From contig NIVC01000567.1 of assembly GCA_002269645.1 (NCBI GenBank), positions 372,001-436,000 of the forward strand: 64,000 nucleotides of DNA, given 5' to 3'. The stretch is from Macrostomum lignano. Taxonomy: Eukaryota. A program made the translations under genes and the position numbers. This document shows positions 36,378 through 51,167 of this stretch, piece by piece. The notes below the pieces were generated by a model, which saw nothing but the letters and a program-made list of their open reading frames with translations, did not search any database and was not told the origin of the DNA. Numbering within the stretch: the first letter of the stretch is position 1; each line of letters begins with the position of its first letter.

Positions 36378-37355
36378 CGTGATATTTTCAAATTTGTCGT
36401 ATAATATAAGTTTTTGTTATTAAAATAATTTGTGTTTTGAATTAATTTAAACAAATGATTACACTGTGTTTGAACTACGTTTAATATACTTCTTAATTTT
36501 CAATAAAACTTACCTTTTCTAAAGAATATGTTGACACTTTATTCAGCCTTTAGCTAAGCAAAGTACATCCGCTAATTTGTGATGAAAACCAGAGATGCTA
36601 AATTGGGTAACTTCGAACCAAAAAAATGTTGATAGAAATAATGAGCTTTCTGACTTTTTATATCGTATATAAATTACTTGAACTACTTCAGAGATGACTT
36701 AATTTAACCCTAATTAATCCAAAAGTTGTCAGCATGGTGAGCTAAGATTGTTTGCCTTTTTTAAATATTTTTATTGTGTACACTCTGTGTAGATCTTTAA
36801 TCAATGTTTCAAGCCTGCAGGTTGGAAAGAACAAACAAACACACAGATTTTTATAAATTTTGAAAAAAGAGGTTTGTTTTACTTCAAGCGCATTTTAATG
36901 AAACAAATAGTAAAGGATAATTAAAGTAAAAATTCTGGAGAAATTCTGCTTTAAAGAAATTAAAAGGAAAAGTTCCAATTGCTCATATTGGATAGATACA
37001 AAACGTGTTCACGCTAATTAAGTAATATTGACACTGAAAAATATTGCTGATAAAGGCACTAATTAATAGAAGCACTGGCACAGAAGAGTCATATAAAATA
37101 AGTACAGCAAAGCGCAAGAGTAAAAAAATCAGATTTTCTGACTATTTATAGTTATTGATGTGATTATACATCTCTAGATAGGATTAACCAAATAATTTGT
37201 ATAATTTTTTTTCTAATATATTGTTCGTTTTCTTTCGAAAAACCTGAAACTTATTTATTACTCATTGTTTTTTGAAAAAAAGATACATTTACTATTGCCT
37301 GAGCCGCCAGCAGCAACCTTGCATCTAGACTTCATCTTCCACATTCAATTTAGTG

Positions 37356-39745
37356 TCACTTCACCCGCCAACTGCATGCGGGATTCACTCGTCGCACAAC
37401 CGACACCACAGCGTTTGGTTTCAACCGGCGTTCGCAGAGGTTACCACCGACCTCGTACAGGCAGCTGCCATTGCTGTCGCATCCGACTCGTCGAACAACT
37501 TCTTCGGCTGTTGTATTCGAAGCTATTAAAACTGATTTCACGATTTCCGACTCGTGTGCCGTTAAAATGACTCGCACCTGGATGATTGAACTGTTGCTTT
37601 GCTGAGCCGTTGGAGACAGGGGCGAGAGAGACGAGGATGTGGCTGAGAACGGAGAGGACGTTGGCGAAGGTTGCTGTTGCTGCTGGCAATGAAGATGACC
37701 TTTATGCTGATGCTGACGGCCACCGGCGATGCGTCGTAGCAGCCTCACCGCGGCGTGCGGCTGACGCTGCTGGGCCGCCTCGGCCGGAATTGGCAACGAG
37801 GGCGGAGCTTGTCGACGAATCTGCTGCAGAGTGAAGTCTGGAACAATCCAGACGATGCTGCGATACTTGATGAGCATCTCGACGGCTGTGATGAGGTCCT
37901 GACTGTCGGTGAGCAGCTGTTCCGGCGACTGAGTTGGAACCAGACTGGGAGCAATCACCGTTGCCAGAGCTTGCAGAGTCATCTGATTCTGATCACGGTG
38001 AGAAACAACCTGTGTCGAGGATAATTTAAGGTATAACAAATAAATAAATCAAAATAAAAAAATCAATCAAAAGTACACTCAATGCTTGCTTACTTTAGCT
38101 AAAAGCTCCACCAACTCCCGTAGTACACTACTGAACTCGCTTGGCAGTAGTAATACAAACAAATTCAGACCAAATAGTCGATCGGTTTCATCACATATCC
38201 GAGGTAGGCAGGTGAACCGTCCTGCGTCGCGAGATGAGACAGCTAGCGGACGCGGCAGTTCCCGCAGGCAGGCCTTCAACAAGGTGGATGCGTCGTGCGG
38301 ATCGATGGCCGAAGCCGCGGCGGCAGCTTCAACAACTTCCGGTCAAGCTCGACGAAAAGCGCGGACTCGAGCGGCCGATCCGCAGACGCGAAACAGGCCG
38401 CGAGTTTTCAGCGCGTCCTCGCGGCTCAAGCGCTCCGTCAGCACTCGAACAAGTCGCAGAAGTCGGACGGTTTTAGCCTCGACTGTCCGACTAGATGGTT
38501 CCGACGAGTCCAGTTTGTCTTCGTCGGGCATTGAAAGCGTTTGGCTGCGCTGCTGCAAACGAAGGAACCGGCGCTGGTGCTTGGTAGTGACGGCGCTTCC
38601 GTTGGAGGTCGCTACAGATGCCTGGCAACAGCGGTGCTTGTTGAATAAAGCCGTCAATTCCAGGCGGGCCAGACCGCGGACTCTTCGTCTGTCCAACTCG
38701 GCCAGGTCTTCGATGTCCGTGTCGCCCAGGGGATTGTTGTCGGGCAGCACGAAGGTCGGATAGGCTCCCATTCCGTCATCGTTATTGTCCGGACTTTTGA
38801 CGTCGTTGCACTGTCCTCCTACCATCCAATCTGCGGACTTTGGCGCAGATGCGTTGATGCCGTTGCCATTTGTGTGGCCATTGTTGTTGCTGTCTTCGAA
38901 GACGCAGCTGCTGCAGCAGCGGGACGATGAAGCTGAATTGTGCTGTGGGTTTCGTGTGGAATATTTTAATTAATTTAAAAAACTATCATACGAACTGAAG
39001 TTGTAACTTTTGCTATAGAATAAAACTCGAATCAAAAGTTAAATCTGCAAAACGGAGACTTTCCACGAACGACGAAAACTATCGAAGATCCAAGATTTTT
39101 CTCTTCTTTTTGAGTGAAATTTGAGTTAGGTAAAAACAAGATTTGTGAACGCTTCACCGCTGAAGAAGTCTAATTGCATGAGTGTCCAGCGGAACTTACC
39201 ATTGAGTCGACGGTTCCATCCGATCCATTGTTACTGTCGACACCATTGCTGTTCTCGTCACAGTCATTCAACAAGAGCCTCGTTTCCGGCTGCTCCGGCT
39301 GCTGGAAGCTGAACATTCGTCTAACGTCCTGCCTAGGACAGTCGCGCGACGCGATAGCAGTTGCAACCCGTCGAGTCACCGGGTTTAGCTGTCGGCCACG
39401 AGTTGCCCGCCTCCGCCAGGGCGGCTCCGCCTCCGATTGGCCGGCCAACTCGCAGGCGTCGCACCGTTGATTCGGTGCATCGTCGACGCCGTTGACCCAT
39501 TGACTAGCATCAACGGAGCGTCGCCACTGGCTGGTGTCCAACGTGGCCAACTCCCATTGGCTGACGTCGGCAGATCGACGCCAATTGCAGCGAGGAGTGC
39601 CGACACCGCCGATGCCGTTGAGGCCGCCGTTCATTGCAGCAACCGGGCGCTGCCGAAGATGCGACATCTCGGAATCACTTTGAGGTCGTCGAAACGACAG
39701 ACCCTGCTGTTGCTGCTGCTGCTGCTGTTGAATGTTGGCCACTTT
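37356..39745 (-). CDS. ARHGAP18/28/40 (Conundrum)-like RhoGAP; reading frame disrupted as given (possible pseudogene or sequence error); 5' boundary approximate
   Basis: Family motifs DVRRMF, YPTFVLP...IEDLAELD...LARLELTALF, the arginine finger GLFRVCGS, LLKACLRELP, NQMTLQALATVIAPSL and C-terminal LYEVGGNLCERRL...NPACSWRVK. In-frame TGA at 38343-38345. Confidence 0.75.
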
Positions 39746-39939
39746 GCAACTTTTCGATCTGAATTTAGTCGTTTGGGGGTAAAATTGGTCAATTAGCAGA
39801 ATTGGTTGCTTTAAACCTCGACTCAAGATATACCTGTGTGCATGTCTGATAAAAAATATTCGCCAGAAATTTGTGGACATCCTAAGCAACGTCCTCAGCG
39901 ACATACTCCCACAACCAGCGCTGACAGCAACTCTGCTTA

Positions 39940-40085
39940 TAATTGACTCCTGAGCACAAGCGCGCAAATACTGAACTCAGGCACGCACTCATGCACACGC
40001 TCCCACAGGATGTACAGCGGCCCTGACTCTATATTCGTCCGGCATGTACACTCTCTGTGCCTTGGGGTTCAGCCTTCGCGTGGCG
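39940..40085 (-). mobile_element. SINE family A fragment
   Basis: cctgagcacaagcgcgc...caggatgtacagcggccctgactctatatt...ggcatgtacact matches 6810-6930. Confidence 0.65.
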
Positions 40086-42153
40086 TTTACTACTGAAGCT
40101 GCTCTGCTTCCGTGCATAAATTTACCTGTTCAATCCATTGAATTGAAGTTGGTGACGCAAGCACGATCCAGCAACACTGGTACGAAACAACATTTTGATA
40201 TATTTATTTTTATGGATCCAAGCTACTGAATTGCTTGCATGATGTACATGTAAACTGGCAAAATAACAAAATGTGTACATCGATACTTACTGGGTAAGCC
40301 TGTTCTGAATCAGTGAGAGTTTAAAATCGCGCGTTGAGTCGTTCAATCTTTGCTTTTCAGTTGCAAACAAAAACACCTGTTGTCTATCTATACCAAACTA
40401 ATATATTAAACTAAAGTAATTTCGGTATCAAAAAGTATTTAGAGGTTTAACTGCGTATGGTGAATGGTTCAGAGAGCAATTTAAATTTCGAACGGAGCTG
40501 GCGCTTGCACCAAAAGAATTAATGCGCAGATTTTGCTATTGGAATTCGCTGTTATTTTTGCTGTAGCTGGGACACTTCAGATACAAGTTGCGTCAACGCG
40601 GTTTGAAACTCGGGGGGTAAGGCGACTCAGGTTGAAGTTTTTATTACATATGGGGCTGAAAGGCGAGGCTCTCAACGGTTGGGAAAGAGAATGGGGGAGG
40701 CAGGGGGGAGAGAAGTCAAGTCTCAGGAGTTGTGCGCCTCTTGCTGGTGGAAATGCAAGTGCATATAGCCAGGGTTTGACTGTCTCTCCCGACCCTCCAG
40801 CTTTGAGAATTTGATGTCCCATTTCTGAGACCACGTGTGTGTGTGCATTGCTTTTCAATCATGCTACTAGTATAACGTTTAATCCTACTGTATAATATCG
40901 CACACACGCGCCTCCTCTCTCTCTCTCTCTCTCTCTCCGTCTCTCAAAGCTCTGGATCAACGCGCCGCTCACTATAGACTATGGCTACTTTGCAAGGTCG
41001 GGACTGCCACCACTCGTATCTAAAAGTTTTTTTTCTATTTACTCGTAGCAGCTCTCTCTGCATGTAGCAATGCCCCACCGTCGATAGGTCCGACGTCACT
41101 TATAACTCTCCAGCGGCAAAAAAAAATTAGAATGCGACGAAAGGGAGGGGGATAGGGCACGACTCTTCAGATATATTTCATATATCGATTATATTTTTAG
41201 CCCCGTGTTACAAACTTTGCATACAGTCTTATAGCTGCTGTTGAATCTAAGACAAAGTTGCCACCGGATCGTTAAGCTAGGAGTATAGGAGTCAAGGCTT
41301 GCTGTGACGTCAAGGAAATAGCAACCCCGCGCGGTCAGTTGTCACTTGCCAGGTTCAAGTTGAAGTCTACATGAGACGGTTCAGAATTAATTAGATTTGA
41401 TCCTTATAAGCCGCTTGTACTCTAGACAAAATTCAGGTCAATGCTTTCTATAGTGCTTACTGAATTATAAACAAGTTTTGTCTTATCTGCAGTTCAAGCA
41501 ATTAAAACAACCAATTATAATAAATAATTAGATAAGTGCTTTATGGTGTTTAGCAGTTTAAATTTCAAATTTTAGTTTGCTGTTTTGAATGTAATTATTT
41601 TTCAAGCTCTGTGCACACCGCAGGTATAGGAATTTAACAAAAATGAAAATTAGCTATCCGAATAAAAATAAATGATTTAAAAAGAACCGGAATGAATATG
41701 GAGTTAGAAACAAACGAAAATAACCTTTTAAAACTACACTTTAATACTTGATATGTACCACTATTAGTTCAGTAGTAAGGCTGTAAAAAACTGTATAGAA
41801 AAAAGCGAACGAATATTAATAAAACAAATACAGAAATAAGAAACGTTTGAAATTAGTCTTTTTGAAAAAAATTGCCACAATTTTTTTATCGGAAGCATTT
41901 GAATTGAAAAAAAACTTTTAAAATTAAAAGCAGTAGCATTAGTTACTGCAGAACAAATAAAAGCAAGTATTTTGGAAAAAGGCCAGGATTAAAAAAGTGC
42001 ATAAAAAGCAAATGAGGTTTGATATGGTATCGATGTTAGCAAACTAATTAAAAAGTCTGCATAAACAACTTACTTTCTTGTATGCTGGGATGAATAGTTT
42101 GGGAAGCAAAATCTTTGTTAAACGAGCTACGTACTTCACAAACACTGGCTGGC

Positions 42154-43488
42154 TCAATTCTCTCCAGATTGTTTTTCCGTAGCCAGTCGCTCAGCCTGCA
42201 GCATCATCTGCAGCACCGTGTCCAGCTGACGCGTCAACAACGCCGAGAATTCGCCACCGCCGCCACCTGCCGCACCCAGCGGTTTAGATGGCACAATGTT
42301 TCTAACGTTATCGAACGGATTTCGTCTGGTCAGTTCAACAGGTATACTATCACTGTTACTACTACTACTTTTAGTAGCATTTTTATCCGCGTGTTCAATT
42401 GATAATTCTTCAGAGTCTGGCGCGTTTCCAAGAATCTCTCCGGTCAGCTGACTCAGCTGAGAGCTCAGAAACTCCGTTCTGCTTGATACGCACTCTGGCG
42501 ATGCCGCTATGATTGCCCGGATCCACAGGGCGGCCTCCTCGGCAGAGGATGAGGTGAACACATGCCGCCTATTGGCCAGCCGGCAGCATGCGGGAATGTC
42601 CGAATCAACTGTCCAGCTGTCTGACCAGGTTATGGCAAAGCTGGGCGACTCTTCTTCGGTTTGATTGTCACCTGATAAAGCTTGGGCACCCGGTTCTGTT
42701 GAAAATTGTTGTGTAATGGAAAATGTTGATCAATAATAATAATAATTAATTAAACCTGCCCTAATGGCCAGATGTGCAACCGACAGCTCAGCCGCAGCCA
42801 TTGCGTGGCGCATCTGAAGGCTGCGTACGGCTGTTCAGTCCAAGGACTGGGCCGTCGCCACACACACCCTCAATTACCCCAGCTAATGCTGGCACCCATT
42901 TTACAGCTGGGTGAACTGAAGCAATGCAGAGTTAAGTGTCTTGCTCAAGGACACAAATTGTTCCGAGAGGGTCGAGAATCGAACCCCCGACCTTTCAGTC
43001 TCATGGGATATTGGAGGTTGACAGGCAATTCTCAGATGGGAGATTGGAGGTTGACAGGCAATTCTCAGATGGGATATTGGAGGTTGACAGGCAATTCTCA
43101 GATGGGAGATTGGAGGTTGACAGGCAATTCTCAGATGGGAGATTGGAGGTTGACAGGCGATTCTCATACGGGAGATTATGGAATTGATTTTATTACCAGT
43201 GTCGCAGCGTTGGTCACTCTCGCTAAACGGCTCAACCACGTGACCAACAAGCAGCAGAACGCCCCGAGCCTTTCGACTGTTAGAAGCCGGCACTCCGGCA
43301 TCTGTTGGATCGAAACGGTACAGCATGTTTCCACACAGACGAAAGAACTGCCTCTTGGCATTAGCAGTTGTGTTTGTGCGGCATTTTGAGCACTGCTCCT
43401 GAGGCTGGTAGTATTGTAGAAAGCCCTCGCGACTGCTATGGCGAGTCTGGCATAGTTTGGCTACAGTTTTTTCGTTAATAAGGCGCAT
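42154..43488 (-). CDS. PH-domain protein, sesquipedalian/PHETA-like (2 exons)
   Basis: Exons 43488-43197 and about 42674-42154 in phase 1. MRLINEK..EGFL..RQFFRLCGNMLYRF..GVLLL and EEAALWIRAI match the Ses/PHETA PH pattern. Confidence 0.7.
42755..43003 (-). mobile_element. CORE-like SINE, family B, in the PH-gene intron
   Basis: Matches 31478-31680 and 19290-19440. Confidence 0.75.
43005..43165. repeat. 33-bp minisatellite
   Basis: About 5 copies of gggagattggaggttgacaggcaattctcagat. Confidence 0.9.
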
Positions 43489-45669
43489 TTTATTTATATA
43501 TTATTTCCAAGGAGCTGCAGAAAATATTGTTTGATAGAAACAACAATGTTTCATTTTTTCTTTAAATAAAAGCAATTGTAAGAAATGTTTTGAATGTAAT
43601 GAAAATATATCAAGAAAAAATGGTATGGCTAAATAAAAAACTCAATAAAGGCCTTTAACTTCAACGCCTCAAAAGTGTCATGTTAATATAGTATTATGTT
43701 AATATATTTCTCAATAGGGGTATTTTAGCTATATTGAATTTCATTTTAGACATCCAAATCATTGGCCTACTTAGATTAGCTGTATAATTCGACCAACTTG
43801 AATTTTATGCCTCCTAAGTAGAAAATGAAAATAAAATCTCAGCATAATGATATAAATAGACGCAAAATTTCCAAAATAATTCTACAACTATTCATAGTAA
43901 CATAGCAGAGAAATGACAACAAAATAATTTTAAGCAGTATCTTCTCTTATTGGGAAAGATCAGTTTATGTTTTAGGGTATGCATATGAATTAAAAATAAT
44001 ATTCATAATTAACAATGAGAATAGGAAACATCCAAGCATTAGCATACAATTATAAGCTACATATCAAGTTTCCAATTCCTTGCTTAAGAATGGCAAATAC
44101 AAAAAGTTCAAGCCAAATTAATGCTAGGATGAATACAAATGGAATTTTAGGTCAAAACAAAGTTTATCGATTGTGAATCAGATTTTTTCACAGGATGCAT
44201 AGTGCTATAAGAGATTAAAATTTATCGGAAGTAGAATTTTAGCCTGAACTCTGTAGCCTGAACTTTGCTCTATCTTTATATAGATAGATAGTAGTAGTAG
44301 TAGTAGTAGTAGTAAATTTGGCTCAGGCTTAAGGAGCCTGTTTTGCCAGTATGATCCGATGTATTTAGTATTAGTTCAAAAGGTTAAATTTTTACACGAG
44401 TTACGATGCGAGTTACGATATTTATAAAAGTATTGTCATGTATATTGAAAGACCGTCTAGAGTTTTTAGAAACGGTTTTCCAGCAGATTAACGACTAACG
44501 CCAGAATAACAAGATTCTGAGCAGGGAAAAATAAAAAATCAATGTCGTACATGTATATATATGACCTTAAAGCAAAACGATTCTTCTAGAATTCGATTCA
44601 GAAAAGGTAGTTAGATATTAACAAATATAACAAATATCGAGTATAATTAAGGGTAGCTCTACAATAATAGGCGATAGGCGAATAGGCGATAGATTCTTGG
44701 AAGTAACTGCATTTAAACTAATTTACATCGAGAACTTCATTCTGTAATGCAACAATAAAAGTCATTTAAAATAACATAAATATTGATAAATAAGTTTAGA
44801 TTCATATTTTTCTTAACTAGTTACTCATCAATAGCAACTGATGTCTCACGTTTTGTTTAAAGTCGTTTAGTTTACGCAAAGAGTTGGCGGCATTTCAGCT
44901 TAAACCAAAATAAGTGTTTTTAGTTAAATTGGATCAACAGTATTGTCATAATATTATTTAATATTGAATGTAACTTGCAGTTTAAACAGACCTATCAAAA
45001 TATTTACTTCTGCATTATAACACGCAGAACAGTAGTATAAGTATACACCATAGTTTATCATGCCTGTGAAATGCAATCCTGATCCTATCCTATCCATTCG
45101 AAAAAATGTGGGTCCTGACTCCTGTCCAGTCCTGTCCAACCCTTAAATTCTAAATTCTAATTTATAATAAACATATCTTATCATTATCCCTATATTTGCA
45201 TTTAGCATTTTCCTTTTTTAAGTTTATAATTGGCTAGCCAGGCCAGATCTATTTTATTTGCTCTATTTATATTTTAACTTAATTTATTTCTTTTCTAGTA
45301 GTCAGTGTCAAGTAAAAAAGCATAAAGTAATTTAGTAAAAGTAGTCATTCTTTCAGGCATATTCATTAATAAAATAGAATGCATGGTTGACTTTAGAGCA
45401 CAAAGTTACAATCATATGATTAGTTTAAATATTTCTATATATATGAATAAATATTTTATATCTTGTTTTATATAAATAAATTGACTTGGGCTAACTATTG
45501 CCATAAGAAAGTAGACATTTATATTGATTGAATTTTGGAAAATTCTTTAGACTCTATACACCTAAAACTAAAAGTTTGCAAAAAATCTTATTATAATTTT
45601 CTATCTAATTTAGAAATTGATAATAAATATAGTGAATAAAGTATTATTAGAACTTGATATTACAATATA

Positions 45670-46500
45670 TCCCTTCTTTTTTCCTCTCTTATCTCTTCTC
45701 CCCTCTCCTTCCTTACTCTTCTTTATCCTCTCCTTTTTTCTCTCTTCTCCCCTCTTCCCTCTTCTTTTCTCTCTCCCTTCTGGTCTCTTATCTCTTCTCT
45801 TCCTTCTTTTCTCTCCCTTCTCTTCCCCCTTCCCTCTCCTCTCCCCTCTCCTTCTCCCCTCTCCTTCCTTACTCTTCTTTATCCTCTCCTTTTTTCTCTC
45901 TTCTCCCCTCTTCCCTCTTCTTTTCTCTCTCCCTTCTGGTCTCTTATCTCTTCTCTTCCTTCTTTTCTCTCCCTTCTCTTCCCCCTTCCCTCTCCTCTCC
46001 CCTCTCCTCTCCCCTCTTCCCTCTCCCCTCTTCTCTCCCTCTCCTTTCTTCCCGCTCCCCTCTTTTCTCCCTTTTCCTCTCTTCCCTCTCCCCTCTTCTT
46101 TCCTTTTTCCCCTCTTCCCTCTCCAATCTCAGATCTTCCCCTCTCCTCTCATCTCTCCCCTCTTCTCTCCCCTCTCCCCTCTCCCATCTCCCCTCTTCCA
46201 TCTCCCTTCTCTCTCCTCTCTCTTCTTTCCCCTCTCCTCCCCCCTTTCCCATCTCTCCTCCTATCTCCTCTCTCCCCTCTGGCCTCTCATATATCTTCTC
46301 CCCTCTCCCCTCTCTTTTCTTCTATCTCTTTTCTCTCTCCTCTCATTTCTTCCATCTTCCCCCCTCCTCTGCTATCTCCTCTCTCTCTCTCCCTTTTTTC
46401 CCCTCTCCCCTCCCCTCTCCCTCTCTCTTCTCTCCTATCTCCCCTCTCCTCTCCCCTCCCCTCCCCTCTCCCCTCTCCTCTCGTCTCTTCTCTCCCCTCG
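45670..46500. repeat. Polypyrimidine low-complexity tract with an internal ~150-bp duplication
   Basis: CT-rich. The segment from about 45700 recurs from about 45855. Confidence 0.85.
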
Positions 46501-46928
46501 GTACTTATCAAGATCTTGTGTGAGAGTGATGGCCTGCTCATCAGTTGGTTCCTAAGAAGATTGAGCAGCAAAAGCCTCGTGAATTATTTGTACAGTCTAG
46601 ACTTATTTAAGATTTCCTTTTAAATAGTCTAGAGTAAAAAAGGAATTGTTGTTCAATTCAAATTTATTGATAGATGTGTCTTACTTACATCTAACACAAG
46701 AAATTGCCATATGTCCAATATTTCTTTTAAAAGTATTATAGTTTGATTTCTGACAAGGTAATTTATGCATTTTCTTTAGATATTTTAGCAATATTACCTG
46801 AGTATATTATTGTTTTATATTTAGTTTTTCTCTAATTGCATTTTTCTGGGCTTATTTAATAGATAGCTTGTTTTGAAAAACCTTGACATCCAAAATAGAC
46901 TACTTAGGCACAATCGAAGAACAGTAGT

Positions 46929-49318
46929 ATGCTAGCAACGGACGAATCAATCCCAGTCGCTTCGGGCCCATTCAGCGCCCTGACACCTTCGATGCGACCG
47001 CAGGAATTCGCCAATCTCAGCGTCGATTCCGTACGTTTGCACTACTGCTCATTTTAATGTCATAAGTAGTATCTCATTGAAACGAATAGTATTAATTATA
47101 TTGTTATAACCTGAAATATTTTTAGAGCGAACAATCTGATGGGGAGCTGGATTATAATTATGATGAATTTGGGTTTCGCATTGAAGAGGATGGTGAGTTC
47201 CCCATATCCCCATCTGTATCTTTCCCATCCATCCATGTCTTCTCTATATCCCCATCTATATCTTCCCCATATTACCATCTATTTCTTCTCCATATCCCCA
47301 TCTATATCTTCCCCATATCCCCATCTATATCTTCCCCATATCCCCATATAAATCTTCCCCATATCCCCATCTATATCTTCCCCATATCCCTATCTATTTC
47401 TTCTCCATATCCCCATCTATATCTTCCCCATATCTCCATCTATATCTTCCCCAAATCCCCATCTATATCTTCCCCAAATCCCCATCTATATCTTCCCCAA
47501 ATCCCCATCTATATCTTTCCCATATCTCCGATTTTTAGCATCGCCCATTTTTAGTTTCCCCATATCCTTAACTTTCTTCCCCATATCTTCAGCTATTTCT
47601 TCCTCGAATTTTCATCGTTCTTCCCCATTTATTACATTTTCTTTGATTTCTCACGAAGTTTTTCCCCTCCTCAACCGTAAATTTCCCAGCAATTTGCTAA
47701 ATTTTCAACTGCTGCGCAATCTTAGCAGTTAAAGCAGATAACCGTAAAATAATTAATTGTTTTCTTTTCGCGCTGGCAGACACTCTGGAGTCCAGCGCAG
47801 CCGCCCAGTCCAACGACAGTCAGCAACAGCAGCCAACTCCATTTGTTGAAGACCCAGCCGAACGATTGAAATGGACCAACTTTCTCGAATTGACCTACGC
47901 TTCATTTACAAAGGATACCGCCTCCTCCTCAGCATCCAGCCTTGGTGGCGCAGCCGGTGCTGAGTCGATTTCATCTGCCTCATCGTTTCTATCGACATCC
48001 GCCACTGTGTCGGCTGGTTCCCCGGCCACCGAGCTGCCATTGAAACTGCCGGTGACAGACAAGCTGAAGAGCATGGTGAGGTCCGGTGTGCCGCATTCGT
48101 TGCGCGGCCCGGTCTGGCTTCGACTCAGTGGAGCTTTGGAGAAGAGAAGAAAATCTCCAGTTAGTTATAACGAAATTGTTAAAGAGAGCTCGCAGGATAC
48201 TTTGGCTACGTCGAAGCATATTGAAAAGGTGAGAAAACTTGTTGCTATGGTAACATGAATCCAAACTTGTTGCTATGGTAACATTAATCCAAACTTGTTG
48301 CTATGGTAACATGAATCCAAACTTGTTGCTATGGTAACATTAATCCAAACTTGTTGTTATGGTAACATTAATCCAAACTTGTTGCTAATGGTAACATTAA
48401 TCCAAACTTGTTGCTAATGGTAACATTAATCCAAACTTGTTGCTAATGGTAACATGAATCCAAACTTGTTGCTATGGTAACATGAATCCAAACTTGTTGC
48501 TAATGGTAGCATGAATCCAAACTTGTTGCTATGTTAACATGTATTCAAACTGGTTGCTATGGTAACGCGATTCCCAAACAGTTGCTATGGTAACGAAAAT
48601 TCCAAATCGTTGCTATGGTCATGTAAATCCCAACTGGTTGCTATGTTCACGTGAATCCCAACTGGTTGCTATGGTAATGTAAATCCCAACTGGTTGCTAT
48701 GGTAATGTAAATCCCAACTGGTTGCTATGGTCACGTGAATCCCATCTGTTTGCTTTGGTAACGTGAATTCAAACATATTTCTATGGCAACGCAGACGCAG
48801 TTGATTGCAAATGGTTTCTATGTGTCGCTTTGATACTATATTGGTTGCTATGTGGATCAGTCAGTCCAGTTGCTATGCAACTAAGTTTCGAGCATTTCAT
48901 GCAATGTGACCTTGATACCTGATTCTATATTGTTAATCTTAAAAATAGCCACCCCCACTCTCGCATAATTAGGACCTGCTTCGCACTCTGCCATCGAACG
49001 TGTGCTTCAGTCACGCTTACAGCACCGGCGTGCCCAGGCTGCGTCGAATACTTCGGGCTCTGGCCTGGCTCTACCCGGAAATTGGCTACTGCCAGGGCAC
49101 CGGGGTGGTGGCAGCCACTCTGCTGCTGCTTATGGAAGAAGAGGACGCGTTCTGGCAGATGACCACCATCATTGAAGACTACTTGCCTGCGTGCTACTAT
49201 ACCAGCACCCTGCTTGGGGTGCAGGCGGATCAGAGAGTGCTGCGGGAGCTGCTGCCCGAATGTGCACCTGATATTGATGCTCTGCTGCGAGAGCACGATA
49301 TTGGTGAGTAGCAGCAGC

Positions 49319-49407
<89 letters not shown>

Positions 49408-49410
49408 CAA

Positions 49411-49467
<57 letters not shown>

Positions 49468-49470
49468 CAA

Positions 49471-49545
<75 letters not shown>

Positions 49546-49592
49546 CAATAGTAGTAGTAGTAGTAGTAGTAGTAGCAATAGTAGTAGTAGTA

Positions 49593-49638
<46 letters not shown>

Positions 49639-49641
49639 CAA

Positions 49642-49689
<48 letters not shown>

Positions 49690-49740
49690 CAATAGTAGTA
49701 GTTGTAGTAGTGGTAGTAGTAGTAGTAGTAGTAGTAGCAA

Positions 49741-49794
<54 letters not shown>

Positions 49795-49866
49795 CAATAG
49801 TAGTAGTAGTAGTAGTTGTTGTTGTGGTAGTAGTAGTTGTAGTAGTAGTAGTAGTAGTAGTAGCAA

Positions 49867-49914
<48 letters not shown>

Positions 49915-49964
49915 CAATAGTAGTAGTTGTAGTAGTGGTAGTAGTAGTAGTAGTAGTAGCAATA

Positions 49965-50009
<45 letters not shown>

Positions 50010-50012
50010 CAA

Positions 50013-50060
<48 letters not shown>

Positions 50061-50111
50061 CAATAGTAGTAGTTGTAGTAGTGGTAGTAGTAGTAGTAGT
50101 AGTAGTAGCAA

Positions 50112-50171
<60 letters not shown>

Positions 50172-50174
50172 CAA

Positions 50175-50216
<42 letters not shown>

Positions 50217-50288
50217 CAATAGTAGTAGTAGTAGTAGTTGTTGTTGTGGTAGTAGTAGTTGTAGTAGTAGTAGTAGTAGTAGTAGCAA

Positions 50289-50336
<48 letters not shown>

Positions 50337-50386
50337 CAATAGTAGTAGTTGTAGTAGTGGTAGTAGTAGTAGTAGTAGTAGCAATA

Positions 50387-50431
<45 letters not shown>

Positions 50432-50434
50432 CAA

Positions 50435-50482
<48 letters not shown>

Positions 50483-50533
50483 CAATAGTAGTAGTTGTAG
50501 TAGTGGTAGTAGTAGTAGTAGTAGTAGTAGCAA

Positions 50534-50596
<63 letters not shown>

Positions 50597-50671
50597 CAAT
50601 AGTAGTAGTAGTAGTAGTTGTTGTTGTGGTAGTAGTAGTTGTAGTAGTAGTAGTAGTAGTAGTAGTAGCAA

Positions 50672-50707
<36 letters not shown>

Positions 50708-50757
50708 CAATAGTAGTAGTTGTAGTAGTGGTAGTAGTAGTAGTAGTAGTAGCAATA

Positions 50758-50820
<63 letters not shown>

Positions 50821-50885
50821 CAATAGTAGTAGTAGTTGTTGTTGTGGTAGTAGTAGTAGTAGTAGTAGCAATAGTAGTAGTAGTG

Positions 50886-50917
<32 letters not shown>

Positions 50918-50967
50918 TGTTGTTGTGGTAGTAGTAGTTGTAGTAGTAGTAGTAGTAGTAGTAGCAA

Positions 50968-51015
<48 letters not shown>

Positions 51016-51062
51016 CAATAGTAGTAGTTGTAGTAGTGGTAGTAGTAGTAGTAGTAGCAATA

Positions 51063-51107
<45 letters not shown>

Positions 51108-51110
51108 CAA

Positions 51111-51167
<57 letters not shown>

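Noticed and set aside
38343-38345. Alternative genetic code explaining the UGA
   Set aside because: Other genes here end at TGA (37356, 42154, 61646, 36375) and use TGG for Trp, so UGA is a normal stop.
45617-46571. Leu/Ser/Pro/Phe-rich ORFs
   Set aside because: They come from a polypyrimidine low-complexity tract.
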